Shown here piece by piece: positions 48,443-57,981 of a stretch of 64,000 nt of DNA. The position numbers and the translations under genes were made by a program. The stretch is from Candidatus Korobacteraceae bacterium. GTDB taxonomy: Bacteria > Acidobacteriota > Terriglobia > Terriglobales > Acidobacteriaceae. The notes under the pieces are model-generated. The model saw only the letters and a list, made by a program, of their open reading frames with translations. It was not told where the DNA came from and did not search any database. How positions within the stretch are numbered: position 1 is the first letter of the stretch; every line of letters begins with the position of its first letter. The stretch lies in assembly GCA_049521655.1 (NCBI GenBank), contig JBEKOO010000002.1, positions 84,502 through 148,501 on the forward strand, given 5' to 3'.

Positions 48443-49459
48443 ATGTCTCGCAATTCCTGCTTCGCACACTTGTTTTGGAGGATTGTCTTCCCGGCCTGCC
48501 TGCTATTTTCTGCCACAGCCTTTGCGCAGGAGTGTTCCCAGGCCGGTGAGATTGAGTCTGCCACACGTGCTGCCATCGATGACGCCGCCACGCACTTCAT
48601 TCAGTCTGCAGCTCATGGCGATGTGCAGAGTCTCCGCCAGGCGGCGATTCCCGAGCTTGCCTCCGCCTTTGACGGCATTCAACGGGCGCTCGCCCACGAC
48701 AAGGGTCTGATCGGAGACCAGGTTACAATCCGCCGCGACTACTTCCTGGACGCTTCAAAAGCCACTGTGCGTCAACCCCAGGCTGAGTTCTTCTGCGGTG
48801 TCTATGGAGCAAGCGGACACACGCCCTCGACCGCCAGCTTTACCATTCCCGATCTCGATCCGGGCCTGTACGCCCTCGTGCTGGCCAACGCCACCGGTGG
48901 CAAGGTTCCCTACATGGTCACCGTTGTTTTGCAGAAACTGCAGAGCCAGTGGAAATTGGCGGGCTACTATCCCAAACCCAGCGAGGTCGCGGGCCACGAT
49001 GCGGCCTGGTATCGGCAGCAGGCGCGCAAGTTCAAGCAACAGGGCGAGTTACACAATGCTTGGCTCTACTATGTACTTACCTGGGAGATTTATTCTCCGG
49101 TGGACTTCATGAGCAGCCTGCAATTGGATAAGCTCTCGAACGAGATTCAAGAAGCGCGCCCGGCCGACTTTCCCGTTGGCGCGCCGGTGCCTCTGGTGGC
49201 GGCCAACGGGCGCACCTACAGCCTGACGCAGGTATTTGCCGTCCCCGACGAGAAGGGTCAGCTTTCGCTGGTGGTCAAGTATGCGGCCGCCGACGTAAGC
49301 AATACGGCGCAGTCATTTCAAGATAATACTGCGGTGATGAAAGCGCTGGTCGCCAAGTTTCCGGAGTTGCATCGGGCCTTCAGCGGAATTGTGGCTCGTG
49401 CCACCACGGCCAGCGGCCAGGATTACGGAACCCTGCTATTGATGAAGAACATTCGGTAA
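48443..49459 (+). CDS. Secreted hypothetical protein
   Basis: 338 aa counted from MSRNSCFAHLFWRIVFPACLLFSATAFAQ (signal peptide). I recognise no motif. The ORF-track 5' extension to 47849 overlaps the divergent gene and is rejected. Confidence 0.6.
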   Translation: MSRNSCFAHLFWRIVFPACLLFSATAFAQECSQAGEIESATRAAIDDAATHFIQSAAHGDVQSLRQAAIPELASAFDGIQRALAHDKGLIGDQVTIRRDYFLDASKATVRQPQAEFFCGVYGASGHTPSTASFTIPDLDPGLYALVLANATGGKVPYMVTVVLQKLQSQWKLAGYYPKPSEVAGHDAAWYRQQARKFKQQGELHNAWLYYVLTWEIYSPVDFMSSLQLDKLSNEIQEARPADFPVGAPVPLVAANGRTYSLTQVFAVPDEKGQLSLVVKYAAADVSNTAQSFQDNTAVMKALVAKFPELHRAFSGIVARATTASGQDYGTLLLMKNIR

Positions 49460-49550
49460 ATTAGGAAGGAAAATCAAGGATTTGTGGTTGAAGCCAAATT
49501 ACCTCAGCCGATGCGTCCCTTCAAATCCCGGCACAGTTCGTCATTCCCTC

Positions 49551-49578
49551 TTGACTTTCGGGACGCCCAAGTTAAAAT
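49551..49578 (+). promoter_or_regulatory. Sigma-70-like promoter candidate
   Basis: TTGACT (49551-49556), 16-nt spacer, TAAAAT (49573-49578). It lies upstream of the small Zn-ribbon ORF and the CheY-like gene. Confidence 0.4.
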
Positions 49579-49662
49579 ACCCGCACCTACCGCTTCGGCG
49601 GATAGTCCCCTATGCCTTCACCGCAACCTCAGCGCAACGCCGTGCAGTCAGTGAGTCGTCCC

Positions 49663-49812
49663 ATGAATCAGAAGTGCCGCCACCCCCGCGTGCAGATCGT
49701 TGCCCGCGAAGAGGATTCGGAATTCGTAGAGTGCCTGGAATGCCGGGAGGTATTCGAAAGCAGCGAGTTCAAGGACATGGCTATCGAGGATTCCGCCTTC
49801 GGCGAAGTTTGA
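49663..49812 (+). CDS. Small zinc-ribbon-like acidic protein (hypothetical)
   Basis: MNQKCRHPRVQIVAREEDSEFVECLECREVFESSEFKDMAIEDSAFGEV has CxH … CxxC spacing. The ORF track starts at 49612. There is no clear SD for either start. Confidence 0.35.
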   Translation: MNQKCRHPRVQIVAREEDSEFVECLECREVFESSEFKDMAIEDSAFGEV

Positions 49813-49948
49813 CCGCGGCGGGAAACCGGTTACTTTTGGAACTGCGTCGTGGTGTGTCATCTGGCAGAAGCGCTCCCCGCTTGAGGCGCAACCGGTCAGG
49901 AAGTGCTATACATAGAACTCGGAGCATGCCGAACCCTCCGGCACATCA

Positions 49949-50335
49949 ATGTCTATCCAGCCCTCCATTCCGAAGACCGCTCTGGTTGTGGACGACTCCA
50001 TGCTTATACGCCATAGTATCTGTCGTTTCCTCGAGGAGCGCAGCTTCATCGTGGAGTCGGCAACCAACGGCGTAGAAGCGCTGGAGGTCCTGAACAATTT
50101 TGTCCCGGACATCATTATCACTGACCTTTCCATGCCGCGCATGGGCGGGGCTGAGCTGGTTTCCAGAATAAGGCAGATAGATGTCTTTTCTGATACTCCC
50201 ATCATCGTCTTGGCGGCGCGCCGCAGCGCCACTGAGATGATCGCGGAACGGCCTGCCGGAGCCGCAGCCGTTATATTCAAGGACATCGACATCGAAGTGC
50301 AGCTTGGCCATGCTCTCGACGCTACCCTGGTTTAA
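49949..50335 (+). CDS. Single-domain response regulator (CheY-like receiver)
   Basis: 128 aa. VVDDS…, IIITDLSMPRMGG (phospho-acceptor Asp), later conserved K. Confidence 0.85.
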   Translation: MSIQPSIPKTALVVDDSMLIRHSICRFLEERSFIVESATNGVEALEVLNNFVPDIIITDLSMPRMGGAELVSRIRQIDVFSDTPIIVLAARRSATEMIAERPAGAAAVIFKDIDIEVQLGHALDATLV

Positions 50336-50474
50336 GGATGCATCCTCCCTGTTTTTCCTTTTTCCCGGTCACGATTCTGGCATCTGCTTTGCATCCCGCT
50401 CCCTTTGCCTTAGCTACATTCGTGAAATGGTCGTAATCTTGCTATTCTGCTGAAAATAGTTCTAGGACAAGAGA

Positions 50475-51611
50475 GTGGAACCAAGACATTCGGGCAACCT
50501 CCCGGCGCTGCTGGACCCGCTTTATGACGCGGCGCTACAGCCTGAACTATGGAAGGTCTTCCTGCAGAAGGTTTCCGAGGCGCTGCGCGCCGACAAGGTG
50601 GCGATTCTAGTTGTTTCTCCCGGACGCCAGCGGACCGACATTCATGCTGATCTTGGATTCAGCAATGAGATGCGCCACGACGTGGAAGAGCTGGCGACCA
50701 TTAGTCCATGGCTCGTAGAGATTGAGAAGCACAGGAGTGTTGGTTGGTACGTCGGTCGCACACAAGACGAGCTATCCATGGAGAGCTTCCGTAAGTCGAA
50801 GTTCTATCTTGAAGCGCTTCACAAGCACAATGTCGAGTGGAGCGCCGCAGCGGTTCTCTTCATGCCTGGGGGCGCAATGCACGGCCTGGTGACGTCGCGC
50901 CCGAAGACAGGGCGACCGTTCAGCGCCATTGACAAGGAACTGCTGAAGCAATTGGTGCCGCACCTGCGCCGGGCCTTCAATATTCACGGGACGACGGCGG
51001 CGCTGCGCCATTGCAATGCCGCCAGCCAGAGCGCCCTGGATCTGGTTGGCGCCGCATGTATCTTCCTCGATGCCAATGGTCGGGTTCTGTCTACGAGCCG
51101 GCGCGCCGAGGCCTTGATTGCAGATGCTGCAACCCTGCGCATTAGAAATCACCGTCTGCTGACTTCGCTCTCCGTGGAGCAGAATGCGTTGGAGGCATGC
51201 GTCCTTCCTGCCTGTGCCTGCGGCGCAGGCAAGTCTTCGGATCCCGGCGCGGGCGCTATTGTGTTGCATACCAGCCACGGAACTCCGCTCTACATATCGG
51301 TCCTGCCCTGCCATTCGAGCCGCGCCTTCCTGGGGAACAATCCGGCGGCGCTGCTTTTCATCACCACCCCGGAGCAGCAGGGGCGCGGTGAGCATAGGCT
51401 TTGGCAGTCAATGTTCGGATTGTCTCCTGCCGAGTGCCGCGTGGCGGAGATGATGAAGCAGGGAATGGAGGTCGCTGAGATCTCCGAAGCGATAAGAATC
51501 AAGGTGGACACCGTCCGCTACTATCAGAAATGCATCTATCGCAAGACCAGCGTGCGCGGACAGGGACAACTCATGCGGCTGCTGACCAGGCTGCCTTCCA
51601 GCCTCCCATAA
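50475..51611 (+). CDS. LuxR-family transcriptional regulator with a large N-terminal sensory region
   Basis: 378 aa. C-terminal HTH LSPAECRVAEMMKQGMEVAEISEAIRIKVDTVRYYQKCIYRKTSV. GTG start. Confidence 0.75.
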   Translation: MEPRHSGNLPALLDPLYDAALQPELWKVFLQKVSEALRADKVAILVVSPGRQRTDIHADLGFSNEMRHDVEELATISPWLVEIEKHRSVGWYVGRTQDELSMESFRKSKFYLEALHKHNVEWSAAAVLFMPGGAMHGLVTSRPKTGRPFSAIDKELLKQLVPHLRRAFNIHGTTAALRHCNAASQSALDLVGAACIFLDANGRVLSTSRRAEALIADAATLRIRNHRLLTSLSVEQNALEACVLPACACGAGKSSDPGAGAIVLHTSHGTPLYISVLPCHSSRAFLGNNPAALLFITTPEQQGRGEHRLWQSMFGLSPAECRVAEMMKQGMEVAEISEAIRIKVDTVRYYQKCIYRKTSVRGQGQLMRLLTRLPSSLP

Positions 51612-51744
51612 CAAAAGTTCCTCCCGTTTGGGAGGTATCCTTCTGTCCAGAGTAGCCCTATATTGCTAATCAAGGCTTACACGGCGGCTTGCCTCCGGGG
51701 GGAGGAGTCTCAAGCTTAAAGGTGGCCCCATTCTAGATCCCGAG

Positions 51745-51777
51745 GCGGAGGCGGTCTAAGAACCGCCTCCGCTTTTT
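51745..51777 (+). terminator. Strong intrinsic terminator
   Basis: GCGGAGGCGGT-CTAAGA-ACCGCCTCCGC, an 11-bp perfect stem followed by TTTTT. It starts 134 nt after the luxR stop. Confidence 0.65.
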
Positions 51778-51812
51778 GCCGCCAGACCCTTTCCTGCAAT
51801 TCAGGACTCCCC

Positions 51813-52970
51813 TTACCGCAATTCCAGATTTGCCTGTGCAGAGAGCTCCAGTCCGGCGAATTCCCCAGACATCCACTTTGAATACGCCGCGGCGGCGATC
51901 ATGGCGGCGTTGTCGGTGGACATCAGGCGCGAAGGGAACTGAACCCGCACGCCGCTGTGCGGGCCGCACCGCTCAAAGCGGCTACGCAAGGCGCTGTTGG
52001 CGGCAACGCCGCCGGTGACCAGCAGGGTTTGCACTCCATACTCTTCGCAGGCAGCCATCGTCCTTTGCGTCAGGTCTCCGACCACTGCCGCCTGGAAGCT
52101 GGCAACCAGGTCAAGGGTCCGGCGATCGCAATGGCTCTTGTAATCCTCGTCGGTCGGCGCTGTGATTTGCAGCAGGGCGCGGCGGCGCGCTTCGATGGCA
52201 GGGAACATCCCGTGGGTTTCCACGTAGCGCAGCACCGCCGTTTTGATTCCGCTGTAGCTGAAGTCAAAGCGTTTGTGGTCCGGCTCGATTCTCCCCCCGC
52301 GCTTGGATCCATGGCGCGCTTCATGCTTGAACTGCGCGAAGGTGAACTTGACCGCCTGCGGGTCGCCGAATTTTGAGATGCGGTCGATAATCGGTCCGCC
52401 GGGATAGCCAAGGCCAAGCAGCTTTGCCGTCTTGTCGAACGCTTCCCCTGCGGCGTCGTCCCGGGTGTGCCCGACGTTTTCATAGTGCCAGCCGTCGCCT
52501 CGCAGCTCGGCCAGGAACAAGTGGGTGTGTCCACCGCTAACCACCAGCGCAAGCACCGGAAATTCGAGAACTCCCGCTCCCTTCTGGCGCTCTTCGAGCA
52601 GTACGGCGTGAATGTGCCCTTCAATATGATTGACGGCGATCAGCGGTTTTTCCAGCGCCCAGGCGAGCGACTTCGCAAAACTGACCCCGGTCAGCAGCGC
52701 GCCCGCCAGTCCGGGGCCATTGGTCACGGCGATTGCGTCCACCACCGCATAGCTCAGCCCCGCTTTGGCCAATGCAGCGCGGGTCACGGGCACCAGATTC
52801 CGCAGATGTTCGCGGCTGGCCAGCTCCGGCACCACGCCGCCGTACGGAGAGTGAGTTGCGATCTGCGATGCGACTACGCTCGACAGCAGCTCTTCGCCGC
52901 CGCGCACAATGGCCGCAGCCGTTTCGTCGCAGGAGCTTTCAATTCCAAGAATCAAAACACGCTTGTCCAC
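51813..52970 (-). CDS. tsaD: tRNA N6-adenosine threonylcarbamoyltransferase
   Basis: [14 protein letters not shown], …VNHIEGH…, SGGHTH. Start moved to the GTG at 52970, because the ORF-track start (53075) overlaps the divergent cca gene. Confidence 0.85.
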   Translation of the reverse strand: MDKRVLILGIESSCDETAAAIVRGGEELLSSVVASQIATHSPYGGVVPELASREHLRNLVPVTRAALAKAGLSYAVVDAIAVTNGPGLAGALLTGVSFAKSLAWALEKPLIAVNHIEGHIHAVLLEERQKGAGVLEFPVLALVVSGGHTHLFLAELRGDGWHYENVGHTRDDAAGEAFDKTAKLLGLGYPGGPIIDRISKFGDPQAVKFTFAQFKHEARHGSKRGGRIEPDHKRFDFSYSGIKTAVLRYVETHGMFPAIEARRRALLQITAPTDEDYKSHCDRRTLDLVASFQAAVVGDLTQRTMAACEEYGVQTLLVTGGVAANSALRSRFERCGPHSGVRVQFPSRLMSTDNAAMIAAAAYSKWMSGEFAGLELSAQANLELR

Positions 52971-53006
52971 CCTTAAAGAATACCGCCTCCGATCTACAAT
53001 GTCCCT

Positions 53007-54377
53007 ATGCACTTCGTCCCTGAACCCCGCGACGCCGCGCTGCAAGCGCTTCGCCTTCTCCGGGAGCAAGGCCATCAGGCCCTGTGGGTGGGCGGCTGTG
53101 TACGTGACCTGTTGCTGGGCCGCGCTCCCGCCGATTACGACGTTGCCACCTCGGCCACTCCCGGCGAGGTGATGCGCATTTTTCCCCAGAGCTCCGCCGT
53201 TGGCGCAAAGTTCGGAGTCGTGCTTGTTCCCGTGAAGGTTTTGGGCGATGCCGCCGCTTCAGGCCACATCGAGGTCGCCACCTTCCGCTCTGACGGCGCA
53301 TATCTGGACGGACGCCACCCTGACTCTGTGCGCTACACCACCTCGGCGCGGCATGACGTCGAGCGCCGCGACTTCACCATCAACGGATTGCTGCTTGATC
53401 CGCTCTCCTCGCGCCCCAACACTCCGCACGGAGAGCTGTTGGACTACGTTGAAGGCAGACGCGATCTGGAACTCGGAATCGTCCGCGCCATCGGCCTTCC
53501 CAGGCAGCGTTTCGCCGAGGATAAACTCCGCATGTTGCGCGCGGTTCGCTTCGCCGCGCGCTTCGGATACGTGATCGAAGCAGCCACCGCGGAAGCGATC
53601 CGCAAACTCTGCGCGCAGATCCACCAGGTATCGTGCGAGCGAATCCGCGATGAGCTTTCCAAGATGCTGACCGAAGGCCGTGCGCAACAGGCCTTCCAGC
53701 TACTGGACGAAACCGGTCTGCTGCGCCAGCTCCTGCCGGAGATCGAACGCATGAAGGGTGTGGAACAGCCTCCGCAATATCATCCCGAGGGCGATGTCTT
53801 CGTTCATACTCTATTGCTCCTGCGAGACTTGCCGCCGGGCTGCTCGCTGACCCTGGCTTGGGGCGCTTTGCTGCACGATGTGGGCAAGCCCGCTACCTTC
53901 CGCCGCGCCCCCGACCGAATCCGCTTTGACGGCCATGTGGAGATTGGCGCACGCATCGCCGACGATCTGCTCCTGCGGCTTCGCTTCAGCAATCGCGAGC
54001 GCCTGCAGATCCTCGCCTTGATTGACAATCACATGCGCTTTGCCGACGTGCGCAAGATGAAAGACTCCACCTTCAAGCGCTTCGTGCGCCTGCCGGAGTT
54101 TGATGAGCACCTGGCACTGCACCGGCTGGACTGCCTGGCCAGCCACGCCAATCTCGATCTCTATGACTACACTCGCGAGCGGCTGGCATCGCTCCCAGCC
54201 GGAGCCGTACGTCCCGTGCATCTCATCAGCGGCCACGATCTCATCGCCGCCGGATACACGCCGGGGCCGCGTTTTGCCGAGATCCTCGCGGCGGTCGAAG
54301 ACGCACAGCTCGAGGGTACGATTGCGACTCGCGACCAGGCCATGGGATTTGCCGAGAGCAACTTTCCCCGGCCATAA
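53007..54377 (+). CDS. cca: CCA-adding tRNA nucleotidyltransferase (PolyA-polymerase head plus HD domain)
   Basis: 456 aa. [28 protein letters not shown] motif LLHDVGKP. Confidence 0.85.
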   Translation: MHFVPEPRDAALQALRLLREQGHQALWVGGCVRDLLLGRAPADYDVATSATPGEVMRIFPQSSAVGAKFGVVLVPVKVLGDAAASGHIEVATFRSDGAYLDGRHPDSVRYTTSARHDVERRDFTINGLLLDPLSSRPNTPHGELLDYVEGRRDLELGIVRAIGLPRQRFAEDKLRMLRAVRFAARFGYVIEAATAEAIRKLCAQIHQVSCERIRDELSKMLTEGRAQQAFQLLDETGLLRQLLPEIERMKGVEQPPQYHPEGDVFVHTLLLLRDLPPGCSLTLAWGALLHDVGKPATFRRAPDRIRFDGHVEIGARIADDLLLRLRFSNRERLQILALIDNHMRFADVRKMKDSTFKRFVRLPEFDEHLALHRLDCLASHANLDLYDYTRERLASLPAGAVRPVHLISGHDLIAAGYTPGPRFAEILAAVEDAQLEGTIATRDQAMGFAESNFPRP

Positions 54378-54538
54378 CAAGCGCCGAGGACGTCAGCCTT
54401 CGGTAGCGAATGAGTATCAGAGTGGCCTACCCCTCATTCAGAATTTCTCGCTTCTTTCGCTGTCGTTTCTGCGGTGCGACTCACGCCTGTGGAGGAGTAT
54501 TCTGACGGCAAGTCACAATGGAAATGACTCGCGCCGGC

Positions 54539-56887
54539 TCAAACCGCTGCTGATTGTGTGCGCTCTGCTGGCAAGGCAGGCTCGATCGGAAGAACAACCG
54601 AGAAGACCGCTCCCGTGTGCGATCCGCTTGTAGTGGAGCGCATCCGGATGGTTCCGCCGTGGTTACCGACAATTCGTTTGCTCACCCAGAGGCCAAGGCC
54701 GGTGCCGATTGTGCCCTTGGTGGTAAAGAACGGCTCGAAGATATGTTTCTGCAAGCTGACGGGGATGCCCTTGCCGTTGTCGGCGATCGTGACTCTGACA
54801 CAGCGGTATCCCGTCTTGGGCGCTGTGCTTGCAGACACTCGCAACCTAATCGTGCCGCCTTCGTCTATAGCGTCCAGACTGTTGGCCAGGAGATTGGAAA
54901 AGACCTGTCGCAATTCCCCTGCCACGGCGGTGATCTCCACGTCCCCATCCCATTCTTTCTCGATTACCGCTCGCTTCGCTTCGATCTTGTTCTTCAACAA
55001 GTCAACCGCAGATTCCAGTACCGCATTGACCGAGGTGAGCGCCGGTGCATTGCCCTCGCGATAGAAACCCAGCGATTGTCGTGTGATATGCGCCACCCGC
55101 TTCAACTCCCCGTCCGCAATCTCCAGATACCGGCGCGCCGATTCAGGCAGATCCTTGATTTCCTGGACCAGGAACAGCAGGTTCGTCACCGCTCCCAGCG
55201 GGTTGTTGATTTCATGCGCGATGGATGCTGCCATGCGGCCGACTGATGCCAGTTTCTCGCTGCGCAGAAGCGCCTGTTCAACCTGCTTGCGCTTTGTGAT
55301 ATCGCGGAGAATGACCGTGTAAAGCATCTCTCCGCCCGTTTGTACTCGAGAAATGGTGGCTTCAATCGGAAATTCCTCCCCATTGGAACGAACGGCTGCC
55401 AATATGCCAGGGGAGTTCATGGAACGAGCGGTTATGCCCTCTCTTCCAAACCGCCGAATGTGCTCGCGATGGCCCTCACGCAGCGACGCCGGGATAAAGC
55501 GGTCAAGAGCAGAACCGACCGCCTCGGATGCCGCACACCGGAAGACTGCTTCCGCGGCTCGATTGAAGGCCACAATACGCTGCCGCTCATCAACCGAGAT
55601 AATCGCGTCCATTGCTGAACCGATGACAGCCTGCAGTTTTGCCTCGCTGGCGCGCAGCGCGTCTTCAATCCTTCTGCGTTCGCTGATGTCGATGTGCTCG
55701 ACGGCAACTCTGGGAACTCCCTGGTTGAGGAATCGTGTGACCTTGCATAAAAACCAGCGTTGTTCCCCGGGGGAATGACACGCATACTCCGTCGAAAACA
55801 ACTCGCGCACGCCTTGCAGAACCGCCCTGATCCCGGCAGCGACCTCGGCGGCATCGGCGCTCTCCGGGCCCTGTACCCCATCGCACACAGCCAGGTAATT
55901 GACAGGATTGTATAAGTCCCCACCGCTCTGCGAGCCAAGCCCAGGCTCATCGCACTCCACCCGCTGGTTCGCTTTTCCAAAGTCAACCCAGGCCCGGTTC
56001 ACCGCAACGATATTGCCTGCCTCGTCCAACACGCAGATGTGTGATGAGAGTGCATCAAACGTGGATTGGGCAAACGACCGGGTTTCGCGTAGTGCCCCCT
56101 CCGCTCGCTTCTGTGCGCTGATATCGGTGTTCGTGCCGAACCAGCGGATTACCTTTCCCTGCTCGTCTTTTATCGGCACAACGCGCATCAGGAATGGACG
56201 ATAGACGCCATCGGCTCCGCGCATTCGTAACACCATCTCCATCGGTTCGCCCTCCCGGATGGAGACTTGCCATCGTGCCAGCGCCTCGGATTGCTCCGCC
56301 GGGTCATAAACCGACTTCCACCCCGAGTTCTTCATCTGCTCCGGGGTTGTCCCCGTATATTGATACCAGCGCTGGTTCCACCAGACTCCCTGGCCTTCAG
56401 CGTCGGCTATGAAAACCATATGCGGAAACGAATTGGCCAGGATTTCAAACTGCGATTCACTCCGCCGGAGCTTCTCCCCGCTTTCGTTCAGCGCTACTTC
56501 TTGCTGGCAAACTTTCAGCTTGCGGCAGTGCTCGGCCATCAAGCTCATGAAAACACCCATGGCGAAAAAGATACCTAGAGCAACGGCCCGCGAAGTGTTC
56601 GCGATTGCATATGTTCCGATTGGCGGCGAAGTCCAATAACCTGCCAGCGCCGCGGCCAGTGCAGTGGCCAACAATCCGGGCCAGAGCCCGAAGAGCAGCG
56701 CGACGACCAGAACGGCAGGATAGAACGTGATGAACGCAGGAAGATCGAGGGCAAAATGCAGCACCAGTGTCTGCCGAAGCAGAAATGCTACTAAAACAAC
56801 GGCTGCCGCAAGAGCGAAGCCAACGTAAGGCCGCTCAAGCATGCGTTTTTCGGCTCCTGGCATAGCACCAACCCGCGATAGGCTCAT
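54539..56887 (-). CDS. Membrane-anchored multi-PAS sensor histidine kinase
   Basis: 782 aa. N-terminal TM helices, at least three PAS-like modules, H-box SIAHEINNPL, and an ATPase region with N (NLLANSLDA) and G (GTGLGL) boxes. Confidence 0.85.
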   Translation of the reverse strand: MSLSRVGAMPGAEKRMLERPYVGFALAAAVVLVAFLLRQTLVLHFALDLPAFITFYPAVLVVALLFGLWPGLLATALAAALAGYWTSPPIGTYAIANTSRAVALGIFFAMGVFMSLMAEHCRKLKVCQQEVALNESGEKLRRSESQFEILANSFPHMVFIADAEGQGVWWNQRWYQYTGTTPEQMKNSGWKSVYDPAEQSEALARWQVSIREGEPMEMVLRMRGADGVYRPFLMRVVPIKDEQGKVIRWFGTNTDISAQKRAEGALRETRSFAQSTFDALSSHICVLDEAGNIVAVNRAWVDFGKANQRVECDEPGLGSQSGGDLYNPVNYLAVCDGVQGPESADAAEVAAGIRAVLQGVRELFSTEYACHSPGEQRWFLCKVTRFLNQGVPRVAVEHIDISERRRIEDALRASEAKLQAVIGSAMDAIISVDERQRIVAFNRAAEAVFRCAASEAVGSALDRFIPASLREGHREHIRRFGREGITARSMNSPGILAAVRSNGEEFPIEATISRVQTGGEMLYTVILRDITKRKQVEQALLRSEKLASVGRMAASIAHEINNPLGAVTNLLFLVQEIKDLPESARRYLEIADGELKRVAHITRQSLGFYREGNAPALTSVNAVLESAVDLLKNKIEAKRAVIEKEWDGDVEITAVAGELRQVFSNLLANSLDAIDEGGTIRLRVSASTAPKTGYRCVRVTIADNGKGIPVSLQKHIFEPFFTTKGTIGTGLGLWVSKRIVGNHGGTIRMRSTTSGSHTGAVFSVVLPIEPALPAERTQSAAV

Positions 56888-57118
56888 TCTTAATGCTAAG
56901 CAAAAGGAAGTGGAAGAACTACAACCCCACGATCATGTACTGCTAGAGTACCATCCAAAGGGTCAACCGGACAGCGATCAATTTCCTGATGCGATATGAG
57001 ATGTCCCTTCTCGAAAGGCGGAAGTTTCGTTCGCATACCAGCGAAGAAGGGACAGGCAACCCGATGAAGTACCCGCTACCCAGTCCCGGAGGGAATTGCT
57101 CTCCGTTATAATCGATCG

Positions 57119-57430
57119 ATGGAGCGGGTTTCCAACACATTGCAGCGCATCATGGCCGAGCTCTTGCAGCGTTTGCCTGCCGAACAGTTGCCCGAGGCCG
57201 CATGGGACTTTGCCGCCGGAAAAGCGGTCGCCGAAAAGACGCGCGTCCTCAGTTGCGAAAAGGAAATACTCGTGGTCGAGGTTCCCGACCCCAACTGGCG
57301 CGCGCAGCTTTACGCCATGTCTCCGCAGTTTCTCGCGCGCCTAAACCAATTCATCCGGATTGAGCGCATCGAATTCAAACTCGCAGCTCCGCAGGACGCG
57401 AGAAACTCAAAGTCAACTACCCCACTCTAA
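57119..57430 (+). CDS. DUF721 (DciA-like) protein
   Basis: 103 aa. …AWDFAAGKAVAEKTRVLSCEKEILVVEVPDPNWRAQL… matches my memory of the DUF721 pattern. TATAAT lies at 57106-57111, immediately upstream. Confidence 0.65.
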   Translation: MERVSNTLQRIMAELLQRLPAEQLPEAAWDFAAGKAVAEKTRVLSCEKEILVVEVPDPNWRAQLYAMSPQFLARLNQFIRIERIEFKLAAPQDARNSKSTTPL

Positions 57431-57481
57431 AACTCGCAAAGAAAGTGAGTTTTAGAGGGCACCCGCGAGGTTTTGCTTTTC

Positions 57482-57520
57482 AACCTTGAAACCTTGAAAC
57501 TTTGAAACCTTGAAACCTCG
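57482..57520. repeat. Octamer tandem repeat (AACCTTGA)n
   Basis: AACCTTGA AACCTTGA AACTTTGA AACCTTGA AACCTCG read directly from the sequence. It ends 16 nt before the gatC ATG. Confidence 0.9.
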
Positions 57521-57536
57521 TAGGAAAAAGGAACTC

Positions 57537-57863
57537 ATGAAGGTCACCGAGAAAGACGTAGCCTACGTCGCCGATCTGGCTAATCTCGAACTCACGCCCG
57601 GCGAGAGCGCCCGCATGGTCGCCGATCTGAACTCCATTCTGGACCACATCGACAAGCTGAACGAACTGGATACGAGAAACGTGGAACCCCTCGCCGAAGT
57701 GGTTTCTGCGTTCGCCTCCTCCAGTAGCATGGGCAGTGAGAAGTTTGCCTACGCGCAGCGTCCCGATGAGGTGAAACCAGGATTGAACCGCGAGATTGCG
57801 CTCTCCAACGCACCGGACACCGACGGAACCTGCTTCAGGGTTCCCAAGGTAATCGAGCGCTAA
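57537..57863 (+). CDS. gatC: Asp/Glu-tRNA amidotransferase subunit C
   Basis: MKVTEKDVAYVADLANLELTPGE…LDHIDKLNELDT. Start moved to the ATG at 57537. Confidence 0.85.
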   Translation: MKVTEKDVAYVADLANLELTPGESARMVADLNSILDHIDKLNELDTRNVEPLAEVVSAFASSSSMGSEKFAYAQRPDEVKPGLNREIALSNAPDTDGTCFRVPKVIER

Positions 57864-57981
57864 GGCCAGCGCCTGTAGCCGGAGCGGCCCGGCGTCAGCG
57901 ACCGGAGGGCCATCCGTTGGCCCATACCCGTCGTTAACCCGTCGCCGCCTACCCGGCTGCGAAGCTGAGGGAGAAAGATTG

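Noticed and set aside
57482-57520. Checked whether the tandem repeat, or any other part of the window, could be a CRISPR array.
   Set aside because: The units are 8 bp with no spacers. No 24-40-bp direct repeats separated by unique spacers occur anywhere in the window, and there are no cas genes.
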